This document shows, piece by piece, positions 25,974 to 38,036 of a stretch of 64,000 nt of DNA (position 1 is the stretch's first letter; every line of letters starts with the position of its first letter). The stretch is taken from contig NC_043015.1 of assembly GCF_006345805.1 (NCBI RefSeq), positions 45,694,001 through 45,758,000 of the forward strand, read 5' to 3'. The notes beneath the pieces were generated by a model. That model did not search any database. It was given only the letters and a program-made list of their open reading frames with translations, and had not been told where the DNA came from. The translations under genes were made by a program, and so were the position numbers. This DNA is from Octopus sinensis (taxonomy: Eukaryota).

Positions 25974-26102
25974 AATCTGCTAGAAACTCAGTTTGATTTG
26001 AACTTGAAGTTTCGTGAAAAGATCAGTGATTATGAACCTAATCAGCTCCGCTGCCAACCTCTTGGTCGAGATATAAATGGAGGCTCCTATTGGTATTTAA
26101 TT
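25974..26102 (+). CDS. RSF1: RSF1 coding exon (NLLETQFDLNLKFREKISDYEPNQLRCQPLGRDINGGSYWYLI; WHIM-type)
   Basis: gacag/ ... /gtaagt, 129 bp, phase 0-0. QFD.NLKF and R.QPLGRD..G..YWY motifs. Confidence 0.93.
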
Positions 26103-26299
26103 GTAAGTAAAATGTACTTGACTCATTTTCTGTTTTTTCAGTCACTACTTTTGTTCTTTGTTTATCCCTCCACACCACCTTCAATTTGTGATCATTTCTC
26201 TGTAATGTAAATTATAAGTGCAGGCATCGCTTTAATCATTGACTGTGCAAAACTGAAAACAATAGATCCATATTGACAAGTCTAAAGGATCCCTACATA

Positions 26300-26645
26300 C
26301 TTACTCAATCCTTTTGCTCCCTATGGAGCATAGGCAATTGATAACTTTTCTCCATTGTTATCAATGTGATGTCTTTTATGCTCCCTGAGGGAAGGCCTTC
26401 CTCTCCTAGGCCTTGTTGGTTTTGAATTGTCATCAAGGGTTCTGTAACTTTGCCTTTTCTAGAAAGAGGTGTTGGCTCTACACAAACCCATTTTTGCTTC
26501 TGGGAAGAGGTGGTCCACATTAGCCTGGCTTGTATCGTTTGACCTGCCTAGCATGGGAGGCCTTGCCAGGAACTTGTGCTCCCGTGTCACGGCTCCCAGG
26601 GTCATTGAGGCACACAAGTCACTCTGCCACAACCAAGGATCTATA
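26300..26645 (-). mobile_element. short RTE-derived non-autonomous element
   Basis: Homologous to 11045-11350 and 63100-63500; minus-strand end GCCTATGCTCCATAGGGAGCAAAAGGATTGAGTAAGTA. Confidence 0.55.
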
Positions 26646-26699
26646 TTTAACCACAATCTTGTTTTTACTGCATATGTAAATGGGCACCATTCAAGCGTG

Positions 26700-26975
26700 A
26701 TTGTTACCAATGTTGCTTCACTGGCACCTGTGTTGGTGGCACGTGTAAAAAGATTTGAGTGAGGTCATTGCCAGTACCGCCTGACTGGCCCCCGTGCAGG
26801 TGGCACATAAAAAGCACCCACTACACTCTCGGAGTGGTTGGCGTTAAGAAGGGCATCCAGCTGTAGAAACTCTGCCAGATCAAGACTGGAGCCTGGTGTT
26901 GCCAGCCCTCAGTCAAAACCGTCCAACCCATGCTAGCATGGAAAACGGACGTTAAATGGTGATGACGATGATGTT
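26700..26975 (+). mobile_element. RTE LINE 3' UTR fragment
   Basis: Family body with (GAT)n tail. Confidence 0.7.
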
Positions 26976-27481
26976 GGTTAATCCTTTCATGAACATAGAA
27001 CCTTAAGTTCCATTGGTCCAGAGCTTAACTCTGATTTCCTTTCTTTTGATAACCCTTTATTATTTCTAGTTTCATTGATGGATTAACAGAACCAGTGGAG
27101 CAGCAGACAAAATGCTTTAACCTTACCATATTTGGTTGCATTTTTTTTGTTCTGACTTCAGATTCCACTAGTGTCATCTTTGCTTATCATCCATTTGAGT
27201 GGACGGTGGGAGAAGTTGATAAAATGTGTACCAGCCATATTTGTGATTGATTGATGGTGTTCATCACCATCTTCCTGCTAATTTATTGTCTATGTTAGAA
27301 ATTATAATTAGTCATTGAATATCTGTTTTTCATGCTGGTATGTGTTGAGTGGTTTGACATGGAGTGGACAGGCTCCAATTGTCTGTTGTAGTATGGTTTC
27401 TACGGTTGGATGCCTGTCCTAATGCCAACCACTTTATTGTTTTTCATTTGCTGTATACATCTTTCTCTTTCTGCTACCCAG

Positions 27482-27564
27482 GACAAAGATTTAAATCTGC
27501 GTATTTATCGCGAAGATCACCCAACCATAAAAGAAGAGGATGAAGTCTGGAGAGTCATATGCAA
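27482..27564 (+). CDS. RSF1: RSF1 coding exon (DKDLNLRIYREDHPTIKEEDEVWRVIC)
   Basis: Pyrimidine tract, cccag/ ... /gtaagg, 83 bp, phase 0 to 2. Matches recalled DQDHNVRMYIEE...WKCI. Confidence 0.9.
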
Positions 27565-27984
27565 GTAAGGACCCAATTTCCTATTTTTAATCATTTATAA
27601 TTCCCTCTCTCTCTCTCTTTCGGAGAGGCACAAGCACCTACACGCACACATACACACACGGCAGTAACTTCCGGCTTCCGAATTCAATCACAAAGCTTCG
27701 GTCGGCTCGGGGCTATAGCAGAAGACACCTGCCCAAAGTGCCACGCAGTGGGTGTGAAGCCGAAACCATGTAGCTAGGAAGCAAGCTCCCTAACCACACA
27801 AATTGAAGTATTTTATTCCTCACTATGAGAAACTCTGTATGCGTACATTTATCAATGTGAGACTATGAGTTTAGTCTCCCTGCATGACCGAAAAGACTGG
27901 ATTGTGAAAAACAAATGAAGTGACATACCAAAACAAGTGAAGGCAGAGTTATAGTGAAGTGGATTTTCCTCAATTACTTTTCTC

Positions 27985-28285
27985 TTTCTGGTAGCTCGGC
28001 ACGTAAAAAGCACCATCCGATCGTGGCCATCGCCAGCCTCGCCTGGCCCCCGTGCCGGTGGCATGTAAAAAGCACCATTCGACCGTGGCCGTTTGCCAGC
28101 CCCGTCTGGCACGTAAAAAGCACCCACTACACTCACAGAGTGGTTGGCGTTAGGAAGGGCATCCAGCCGTAGAAACACTGCCAGATCAGACTGGGCCTGG
28201 TGCAGCCTTCTGGCTTCCCAGACCCCAGTTGAACCGTACAACCCATGCTAGCATGGAAAGCAGACGCTAAATGATGATGATGATA
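27985..28285 (+). mobile_element. RTE LINE 3' UTR fragment
   Basis: Family body with (GAT)n tail. Confidence 0.75.
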
Positions 28286-28929
28286 TTGTAACTTATGATC
28301 CTAAAATTAAACTAAGTCCAAAGTTATTGGTCTCTCTCTAACCTGCTCTGTTACAACCCATAAATTTCTAGTTTTCTTTTGAGATATTGAAAGCAGTTGG
28401 AAAAGAACAAACATAATCCTTAAAACATATCTTAGGCTTGTGTTGTGTTCATGTGCTGTTGCATAACTCACTGTAAAGCCGCTTGGTGTCCTGTATCAAT
28501 CTATGCCTCGGCTATGGTCCTAGACAGGACTCAACTATACTTCTGGGAAAAATAGTTTCAATTGGTATTGTGTCCAAAATTTCTGACAAGCGCTTGGCTA
28601 AGAAATGGGAGCAAGAGACAACAATGTCACTATCTCAATGAGAAAATTACTCTACCAGTCCTTGGTGATCCATCAGAGCCATTAAGGCAGCTCACTACTG
28701 AAGATTCTAGTGGACAGAGGGAGAGAGATTGAAGAAGACATCTACATATATGTATGCAAGCATACATACACACACATACATGTATATAGACTTGCATGCA
28801 TGTACACATTCACACACATACACATATGTACGCACATGCACATCATGCTTATCTTCATAATTAGTGCTGGTGCATGCATATACAGCTGCGTTCATGTGCA
28901 CATACACGCAAGTACTGTCCAAATCTCCG

Positions 28930-29200
28930 ACCAATCACATACAGCTAGCTGGCATTCAATTGGCGTATCAAGTTTCAGGCATTTTGATTGGGTTTTGGAT
29001 AGAAAATTCACAAAAAAGTCACTCCTATTGATTTTTTAATGGCTTTGCGGGGTGACTGGGGAAATGTAAAGATGTGCACGACCACCCTTGGACAGTTTTG
29101 AATGACCATAGAAAGTGCGAGCCTGCTAACTGAAAAATTGTGGATTTGTATAAAGGACACACACACAGACAGACATTTTGCCATTTATATATATATAGAG
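28930..29200 (+). mobile_element. possible Helitron/Helentron-like non-autonomous remnant
   Basis: Ends ACACACAGACAGACATTTTGCCATTTATATATATATAGAG, an ending style I recall from such elements; no TIR or TSD. Confidence 0.35.
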
Positions 29201-29474
29201 ATTATGGTGTATCTATCATATTATTTTTGTTTGTGTATTTGAATATTATTCCATAAAAAAAAATACCTTATCAATGGAACAAATTCAAAGACAAAGTTTT
29301 TAACGTAATGAAACAAAGCTAGAAAGATCAATAAATTAATGTGTTAAAAACAGAAACAACAAAATTTATAAAGTGCAATATTTCCTCAGCGTCCCATAAG
29401 CTTAAGTTATGAAGTAATTTGATCCTCTGCTACATGATGATATACTGTCACTTGTCACTAATTTCTTTTAACAG

Positions 29475-29602
29475 GGATCGCGATGATCTTGCTGGTTTGG
29501 TTGCTATCTTGGATTCTGAGATAAATTCCAATAAAGAACAGACTGAAACTGACAATAAAGATGGAACCAAAGAAATGGAAACTTCTGAATCTCAGGTGAA
29601 AC
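29475..29602 (+). CDS. RSF1: RSF1 coding exon (KDRDDLAGLVAILDSEINSNKEQ...SQVK)
   Basis: aacag/ ... /gtaagt, 128 bp, phase 2 to 1; compatible with both neighbouring exons. Confidence 0.87.
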
Positions 29603-29650
29603 GTAAGTGTCATATAGTTCCATATTCAACCAAATTATTTTGTAATAGAA

Positions 29651-29869
29651 CAGTGCTTTTCAAACTTCTTGCTGGAGCGGAACCCCAAGGAAACATTCCA
29701 CTGGCTCGAGGAACCCCTGTGCAATAATTTAATAGTCTTATGCACACATATCTGCACAGGAGAATTAAAAATTACTGCCGATTTTAGCAGTTTTGTAACT
29801 TCTTGCGGAACCCCTGGACTGTGCTGGCAGAACCCTAAGGTTCCGCAGAACCCTGGTTGAAAACCACTG
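29651..29869. mobile_element. hAT-type MITE
   Basis: CAGTGCTTTTCAA ... TTGAAAACCACTG with a perfect 8-bp TSD TAATAGAA. Confidence 0.9.
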
Positions 29870-30563
29870 TAATAGAATTACTCTCTGCTTTTGTGTGAGA
29901 ATGATTCAGCCATAGTAAGATACATGGCTTCAGACAGATCCAGGGCAAGTTCCGATACCCCTTTTTTCTAGGATCATTACTGACCCTTCTTGTGATTAGA
30001 TTTGCTAGTTGCACAATCACTTCCTTTGGGTGTCCAGTATGGGAATTCACAGGTTTTATGAGTAAGAGCCATTTTGGTGCTGCCTGTTTGGAATTGCTGA
30101 TTCGATGCCAACTTATTTGACATCAGATGGTCTTAATCTCTCTCTCTCTCTCATCATCAAATTGTGTTTATATCTATGTCTCTCTCTATCTGCATGTGTA
30201 TGTCATTTCTGTGCTTGCATTTGTCAATTAGGCACAGCTGACTAGACATTTAACTTGTTTTGGTGACTATACATTTTGGTACCAGAGGCATTGAAGAGCA
30301 GAAAAAAACTGCTAAATATCAGTGTCTGTTACTTTTGTCCACTTCTGGGGTAATTTTGTTTTGCATGGCTTTGAAGTATACTGTGTTTTTTAACACTATA
30401 CATCTTTAAAGGAGCCTCCCTTAGATGAAAAACTGTATAGCTACCAGCATTTAACAACACAAAATGCATTAAATAAGAGATATTGATAATGTAATGTTCA
30501 CATTAAGCTTAAATATATATATATTCAAAAGTTTGTGTCAGTCACATTATGCTACCCCTGAGA

Positions 30564-31056
30564 CACACACACACACACACACACATTACAATTTCTTACA
30601 TGTTTCTCCTTTTTGTAACTACTATTAGCAAATGAAACATGTGTAATGCTGTAAAAAATATCAAACAATATTTCCAGAATTTTCAACTCTAATATGTACC
30701 CTAACATCAATACAACAACAACAACTACATACTGGATTGTAATACTGGGATAGCCAGATGTGCTTCAAGAGTACACAATTTGGATTTTTTCCCCTACATG
30801 CATCACACACACACACACACACACCACACACACACACATTACAATTTCTTACATGTTTCTCCTTTTTGTAACTACTATTAGCAAATGAAACATGTGTAAT
30901 GCTGTAAAAAATATCAAACAATATTTCCAGAATTTTCAACTCTAATATGTACCCTAACATCAATACAACAACAACAACTACATACTGGATTGTAATACTG
31001 GGATAGCCAGATGTGCTTCAAGAGTACACAATTTGGATTTTTTCCCCTACATGCAT

Positions 31057-31085
<29 letters not shown>
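30564..31085. repeat. tandem duplication, 253-bp period, 2 copies
   Basis: TTACAATTTCTTACATG at 30586 and 30839; unit bounded by (CA)n tracts. Confidence 0.92.
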
Positions 31086-31087
<2 letters not shown>

Positions 31088-31296
31088 CATTTATTGAAAC
31101 TGAAACAGAGTTAGTCTTGTGACTCGAGTTTCAATAAAAACCCATATCTTTCTCGACAATAATGAGCATTCCTCTCTCATTCATCCTACTAAAAGCCAAT
31201 GTATGTTTGTGTGTGTTTATGTGTGTGTTTGTATTTATATATATTCACATTTGCATATGCCTAAGTAATTTTTAAAAAATTTGTTTTTCATTCCAG

Positions 31297-34200
31297 CTGA
31301 TATAAAACAACCTCTCACAGTAGACGAGTTGCTGGATTCGTCACTGAAAAAAACAGAGCATTTTAAAGTTAACCCAATTATTATCAAGTCCGAAGGAGAC
31401 GGCAGTCACGGAAAGAAAAAGTACGAAATCAGCGAAAAGGTTAGGGATGCGACAGAGGAATGCAAAGTTCTTGTGAAACCTTTGGCAGAAGGCAGCTATG
31501 TGAAAGTGGAGCCTCCCGATGATGGATTTTACAAAATATCCAAGCCCACCACCACTTCTGCTGCTACTTCTGCTGACAAGAAAGACTCGGAGATCCATAA
31601 AATAAATGACGGTTGCCGAGGTCTCAAAATTGTGCTCAAAAAAGATGATGCACAGAATATTAGTGGTGACGACAGCTATGAAATAAAAGAACCACCTGTG
31701 GCAAACAAAGATCGCGTCTCTGTAGATACTTCAGCCGTCACGGAAAAGCTGGCTGATAGCGAGCGGGATGAGGAAGCAGAGAAGTCCAAAGATGAAGGTG
31801 ATAAGAAAGGCATTGTTAGCAAGGTGAAAGAAGAAGATGCTGAAGGAAAAGATGAGTCCAAAGGCATTGACAGGAAGGAGGAGCGCGTTGCCAATGAGGC
31901 AAAGGGTGACAAGCTGAAAGAGAAGGATGTAAAGAATGCCGTTGCTAAGGAGGGCAAAGAGGAAATGGCCAAAACAGTTAGTGGAGCAAAAGATGATGCT
32001 TTGCAAGTGAAAGAAGCAAAGGGGGAGAGATCGGAAGCGAAGGCAGTTAAAAGCTCAGGAGAGGACAAAAGTGATGCCAGTACAGAGGTGAAAGATGAAA
32101 AGGCAGAACAGAAGACAAAAGACAAGGAAGGCAAGATGGGAGGGGATAAGGTACAAGAGAAGAAAGATTCTGTTGAAAGTGAAAGGAAAAGTGAAAAGTT
32201 GCAGGATGATAAAGATAAAGAGATTAAAGGCGGGAAGTCAAACGATGACAAAGAAATGAAGATGAAAGGTGAAGAGTTGCAAGAAAAGAAAGATAAAGAT
32301 AAGAATAAAATAGAGCTGAAAGGTGAGGAGAAGAAGGAGAAAGATGTGACAAAACTTGGTGGTAAAGGAGAAAAGATGCAAGAGGAAAAAGACACGGATA
32401 AAACTGAGGTGAAAAGTGAAAAGTCCCAAAAAAAGAAAGAGAAAAGTGAGGACGGGGGTGAAATGTCACGGGATAAAAAAGAAAAAGGGTCTGTTGAAAT
32501 TAAGGTCAAAGGTGACCAGTCGCAGGAAGGAAAAGATAAGGACGGTAGTAACGTCGAGGTAAAGGATGAAGATTCACAGAGAAACAAAGATAAGGACTCA
32601 ACTAAAAATGAGGTCAGAGGTGAACTGTCGCAAAGTAAGAAGGATAAAGAGGGTATTGCCGATGAAAGCAAATCGGAGCAGGAGAAGAAAGACAAGCTCG
32701 GCATTGAAGCAAAAGCTGAGAAGCGGAAGCTGGCCGGCTCCGAGGAGCCTGGGGTGGAGAGTAAAAGTCGGAGAGAATGTAGTAAAAGCGGGTCTTCTGA
32801 CTCTAGTACTACAACTTCTATTGGTGGTGGTAGCAGCAGTAGTAGTAGTAGTAGCAGTAGTAGTAGTAGTGGCAGTTCTTCGTCTGCAAAAGTACCTGTC
32901 ACCATTAATCTTGATTCCGAGGAGAAGCCAATCAACTTTCGCCGAGAAAGTGTTATAAAGATTGGCAAAAGACTTGACAAAGTGACGAACGAGGACGTCC
33001 CCCTCTCGAAGAAACCTGGTGACAGCAAGGAGAGCAGTTCAACCACTTCCAAAGAACAGTCGGGTTCTAGTGGAAAGGAATCAAAAGATATCGACCAGTC
33101 CAAGCCCGTTGCCCCAATAGATCTGAGTAATAAGAACAGAGACGGTAGTGGAAGCATTGTCAGCTCAAGTTCCAGTTCAAGCCAGTTACTTAAAATTGCG
33201 GATAAGCTTCATGCTAAGAATTTGTGCAAACAGAATGAAGGAAAGGATGACAGTAAAGCAGTTGTGAACAGTAGTAAAGAAGTGAGCAAAAAGGCGGAGG
33301 GAAAGGATATCGGTAAAGAAGAAAAGAAAGAAAAGCAGGAATCCGGTTCTTTGTCCGATACGAAATCTGTCCAGGAACCATCAAAATCCACAGAGAGTCA
33401 GCCACCATCTGATACAAAGCAAAAGCAGCCTACTGAGAAACCTGGTGAGACATCATCTTTGAAATCATCCGGTTCCAGTAGTGATAAGAATGTCAAGGAA
33501 AACAAGGAATCCAGTAGTTCCAAGAAGCTTTCCAAAGACACAAGCGAGAAAGATAAGTCGGCCTCTGATGTGAAAAAGGACAGTTCGAAATCTCAAAGTA
33601 AACCGAAGTCTGATGAGAGTGGCAGTGATGTTTCTAAGAAGTTAGATGAGAAGAAGTTACAGAAAGGGGATGACACATCAAAGAAAGAGACGAGTGGCGC
33701 AGGAGAAGTAAATGTGAAATCCAAGAAAGACGACAACGCATCCGGTTCTTCAAACGACTCAAATATCCGTACTGAATTAAAAACTAGCAAGAAGGGAGAA
33801 GAGAAACTGAAGACTAAGGCCGCTGAGGTTCATAGTGACGATGAAGACAGTTCGGAAGTGGTAGACAGTGCCAGCAGTTCAGAAAAGAAAACCTCTTCTG
33901 AAGACAAAAATAAAGAGCCTGAAAATAAGGAGAACCTTAAAAGTAGCAGTTCAAAGCAATCCGAGGAGAAAAAAGCGGAGAGCATTCCGAAATCTGAGGG
34001 GTCTGCCGAATCATCGAAAGATAAGAAGTCGGTTGTCTCAGAAGTAACCAACCAAAGTAAGGGCACGGAAAAAGATGTATCCGACGAGAAAACCGAGAAG
34101 AAAGTTGCTAAAAGGAAGCTGTCTCTAAGTAAGCCAGAGTGTGGAGGAATGGAGTTGGATAATCAACAAGAAGACCCAGTCGACAAACTACAGAAAAGCA

Positions 34201-35189
34201 GTGATTATTTAGGTGAGGATAACGTGCAGAAGTCTGCATCATCAGCTAAATGTGATAGAACAAACGAGAAATCTAATGCAACTTCTTTGGACGGGGATGC
34301 TGGCAAAGAAGAAGAAATGCTACCTGATGATGGTGCAGATGACAAGAACGACTGTACTCGGATGCGTAAAAGGAAAGCATCTGATAAACCACCGATAACG
34401 ATACCTTCTGCTAAAAATGAAAGGAAAGTAACTCCTGAAGAATCTTGTGTTAATGCTCAGACAAAGGAACATTCTGAGCAGACAACCGAGGAATTAGACA
34501 CAGCTGTTTCTAAGGCAGAGGCTGATGGCTCTGTAAAAGAGGCTGACAGCTCTGCAAAAGAAGCTGATGGTTCTGTTAAAAAAACTGATGATTCTGCAAA
34601 AGATGCTGATAGTTCTGTGAAAGAAGCTGGCAGCGATGCCGAAGAGGGTAATCTTCGGTCGTCTCGTCGACTTCGGGCGAGGAGAAAACAGAGTTACGCT
34701 CCCACTCCTGCACCAGAAGCTGAGAAGAAAAAGAAAGGCAAGGAGTCAACAGTGAATGGCAATAGTGGCGCTACTGAAATCGAAGATGCTGCAGATGCGA
34801 AACGAACTCGATCTCGGAGGCGAACAGAAGCCGAGTTAGTGTGTACAGATTTAATCATTCCCGATGACGAGAAGCGGACGCGAGGCAAGAAACGTCAAAA
34901 CAGCCTTCTTGAGGACCTTGCCGGTGCAGAGGAGACCCCTGAAGAAATCGAGCCTAAGAAAGCCAAGAACTCCAAAAGCTTTCGCAAAACTAAATCACGC
35001 TTGAAAGACGGAGACGATATGCTGAGTTCGCAGTCGGACAGCGATGATATGCCTTTGAGTAAAGTGACAAAGGGTCGCAAGAATCGTCCCAAAGGTAAAG
35101 GACGCAACAAAAATTCTCGGCAGCCACTAACAGTCCTCGAAGATTCAGCTTCAGCTTCTCCTACTAGAAAAAGCACTCGCAACGTTAAG
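31297..35189 (+). CDS. RSF1: RSF1 giant low-complexity exon (K/E/S/D-rich, predicted disordered, about 1,298 codons)
   Basis: ttccag/ at 31296, /gtaggt at 35190; 3,893 bp stop-free (inside the 1364-aa ORF 31281-35375); phase 1 to 0. Confidence 0.9.
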
Positions 35190-35274
35190 GTAGGTGTTGC
35201 AATATTTTTAGCTCTTTTTTTAAATTTAATTTATTTATTTTTTTTTACTTCTTTTTGTCACTGGACTGTGATCA

Positions 35275-35475
35275 AGCGCAGGAGTGGCTGTGTGGTAAGT
35301 AGCTTGTTTACCAACCACATGGTTCCGGGTTCAGTCCCACTGCATGGCACCTTGGGCAAGTGTCTTCTACTATAGCCTTGGGCTGACCAAAGCCTTGTGA
35401 ATGGATTTGGTAGACGGAAACTGAAAGAAGCCTGTCATATATATATGTATGTATATATATATATATATATGTATG

Positions 35476-35507
<32 letters not shown>

Positions 35508-35807
35508 TGTATGTATGTATATATATGTATGTATGTATATATATATGTATGTATGTATTTATATATATGTATGTATATATATATATATATATATATGCGT
35601 GTGTGTGTTTGTGTGTCTGTGTTTGTCCCCCTAGCATTGCTTGACAACCAATGCTGGTGTGTTTACATCCCCGTTAGCGGTTCGGCAAAAGAGACCGATA
35701 GAATAAGTACTGGGCTTACAAAGAATAAGTCCCGGGGTCGATTTGCTTGACTAAAGGCGGTGCTCCAGCATGGCCGTAGTCAAATGACTGAAACAAGTAA
35801 AAGAGTA
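35275..35807 (+). mobile_element. SINE family A with long (TA/TATG)n insert
   Basis: Full-length copy starting about 85 bp after the giant-exon donor. Confidence 0.92.
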
Positions 35808-35977
35808 TCGTATCTGAGTTTAAAAAAGTTTTTTTCTTGTCAAACTAGGTTCTTGTTCTATTGGTCTCTTTTGCTGAACTGCTAATTTACAGGGACATAA
35901 ACAAACCAGCACTAGTACTGCTCTCTCTCTCTCTCTCTCTATTTGTATGTGTCAACTTGTATGTGCATGTGTGTTTG

Positions 35978-36190
35978 TATGAAGTGGGGTGGGTGCTGAA
36001 AAGTTCATGACTTTAAGGGTATTGTGAAAGACCTAGTTGGATGCCCAACCCTCCAAGTTCTTTTACAGGGCTTAAAAAACTGAAAAAGGTGTGTGAATCT
36101 GAGAGGGGAATATGTTGAATAAAATCATAATTAACTGATCTTCTTGTATTTTCTTTTACCCAAAGCGAAGAACTTTTCAGCTGCTCATCA
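35978..36190. mobile_element. mariner-derived MITE
   Basis: GGGTGCTGAAAAGTTC ... GAACTTTTCAGC TIRs; contains GGGGAATATGTTGAATAA (GEYVE*), typical of mariner transposase ends. Confidence 0.75.
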
Positions 36191-36224
36191 TGTGTGTATG
36201 TATATATATATATATATATATATA

Positions 36225-36419
36225 CAAAATTTAAAGGACTGACCACTAAAAGTGGATGGTCAATATGGTAGATATAGACGTCAAAATCGCTATTGTCCAC
36301 GAAGAATGTGTTCTCAAGAACACATTTGTGGAACACATTCTTCGTGGAAAATAGCGATTTTGACATCTATATCTAGCATATTGACCGTCCACTTTTAGTG
36401 GTCAGTCCTTTAAATTTTG
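36225..36419. mobile_element. palindromic Tc1/mariner-type MITE
   Basis: 89-bp arms with 4 mismatches, 17-nt spacer, flanked by TA on both sides. Confidence 0.85.
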
Positions 36420-36878
36420 TATGTAAAATATATTTTAATCTTCGGATTTTTTTAATATGCTAGGCCACTGGTTTTAATTGATTAATATCAATTTCTACCC
36501 TTATTCAATTTTATATATATATCTTTATCTTTTATTAAACTTTTAATACTTTTGATATAAAAATAAATAAATAAATAAATTAATTAATAAATAAAATAAT
36601 ATATAAATATAAAAATATACATATATATTTGTATATATATATAAAATTTATAAAATTTATAAGTTTAAATTATTTAAATAATTTTTTATTTTTAACTTTT
36701 ATATTTTTAAATTAATTTTATGTATTGGCTTATGTTTTTCACTGTTTGATTTGCCTAATAGTGGTTTTATCTCTAATTTAATATAATATAATATATTATA
36801 CTATAAAATTGGATTTAATCCTAAATCTAATTTTTCCCTTTAAGTTTGGATTTATTCCCTAATATTATTATTATTATA

Positions 36879-36935
<57 letters not shown>

Positions 36936-37038
36936 GGCGGTGCCCCAGCATGGCCACAGCTCATAAGCTGAAACTGGAAAAATCAAAAATCAAAAAAAAA
37001 AAATCATGTATATTTATAAACAGATATATGTATACAAA

Positions 37039-37259
37039 TATGAGGGGGTTCTGAAGAGTTCCTGGTTTTAAGTGTATCCTGAATGGCCTAGTTAGAGACC
37101 CAACCTTCTGAGTTCTTTTACATGGCTTAGAAAATTTGGCAGACCATTGCAATAAGTGTGTGACTCCGAGAAGGGAATATGTTGAATAAAATCATAATTA
37201 ACTGATTCTCCTGTATTTTCTTTTATCCAAAGCCAGGAACTTTTCACCACACCCTTGTA
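37039..37259. mobile_element. mariner-derived MITE
   Basis: Same family as 35978-36190 and 59708-59923. Confidence 0.8.
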
Positions 37260-37327
37260 TATGACTGTATGTTATAAGCTGTTGCATTTCATTTCTGCTG
37301 TGACTGAATGTCTTTCATATTCTTCAG

Positions 37328-37730
37328 AAAAAAGACTACGATGATGGTGACTACGAGGCTTGTCTGACAGGACGGTACTCATCCAACGGGCGTGGCAAGC
37401 AAGGGCGAGGTGCCGTTGCAGTTTCAGTCAAGGGCAAGAAGCAGGGCAAGAAGCGCAGCAGCTCCGTCGAGTCCGACAAGTGGGTGTCGGACAAAACGGA
37501 GGAAGAAGAGGAAGAAGAAGATGACGACGAGGAAGAGGAGCTGTTCGTTGGAGAACTGCTCCGTAGGAGTACTCGCGTACGCCGTCCGGTTGGTACCAAG
37601 AACAAGTTGCTCTGCCTTGGCACTTCCAGCGATGAATGCAAATCGGAAGAGACCAATGAAGACGACACGAGTGACGAAGAGTTCCTGCTACCAAAGGGCA
37701 GAAATGCTCGGAGAGCTGCAGCACGATCAG
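37328..37730 (+). CDS. RSF1: RSF1 coding exon (basic then acidic tract, KKDYDDGDYEACLTGR...ARRAAARS)
   Basis: cttcag/ ... cag/gtctgt, 403 bp, phase 0 to 1; open frame including ORF 37484-37807; much more GC-rich than the flanks. Confidence 0.85.
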
Positions 37731-37747
37731 GTCTGTATATGTATGTC

Positions 37748-37957
37748 TTTTACTCTTTTACTTGTTTCAGTCATTTGACTGCGGCCATGCTGGAGCACCG
37801 CCTTTAGTCGAGCAAATCGACCCCGGGACTTATTCTTTGTAAGCCCAGTACTTATTCTATCGGCCCTTTTTTGCCGAACCGCTAAGTGACGGGGACGTAA
37901 ACACACCAGCATCGGTTGTCAAGCAATGCTAGGGGGACAAACATACACACACAAACA

Positions 37958-38036
<79 letters not shown>

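Noticed and set aside
29596-29601. Alternative donor CAG|GTGAAA for exon 29475
   Set aside because: It gives phase 0, incompatible with the phase-1 acceptor at 31297; GTAAGT at 29603 fits.
31676-33157. 493-aa minus-strand S/L/F-rich ORF (and the other antisense ORFs over 31341-35182)
   Set aside because: Antisense shadow of the purine-rich K/E-coding RSF1 exon, whose composition makes minus-strand stops rare; no domain or splice signals.
36420-36930. Extremely AT-rich block as a possible mitochondrial control-region insertion
   Set aside because: No flanking mitochondrial gene or tRNA sequence; more likely low-complexity or decayed repeat DNA.
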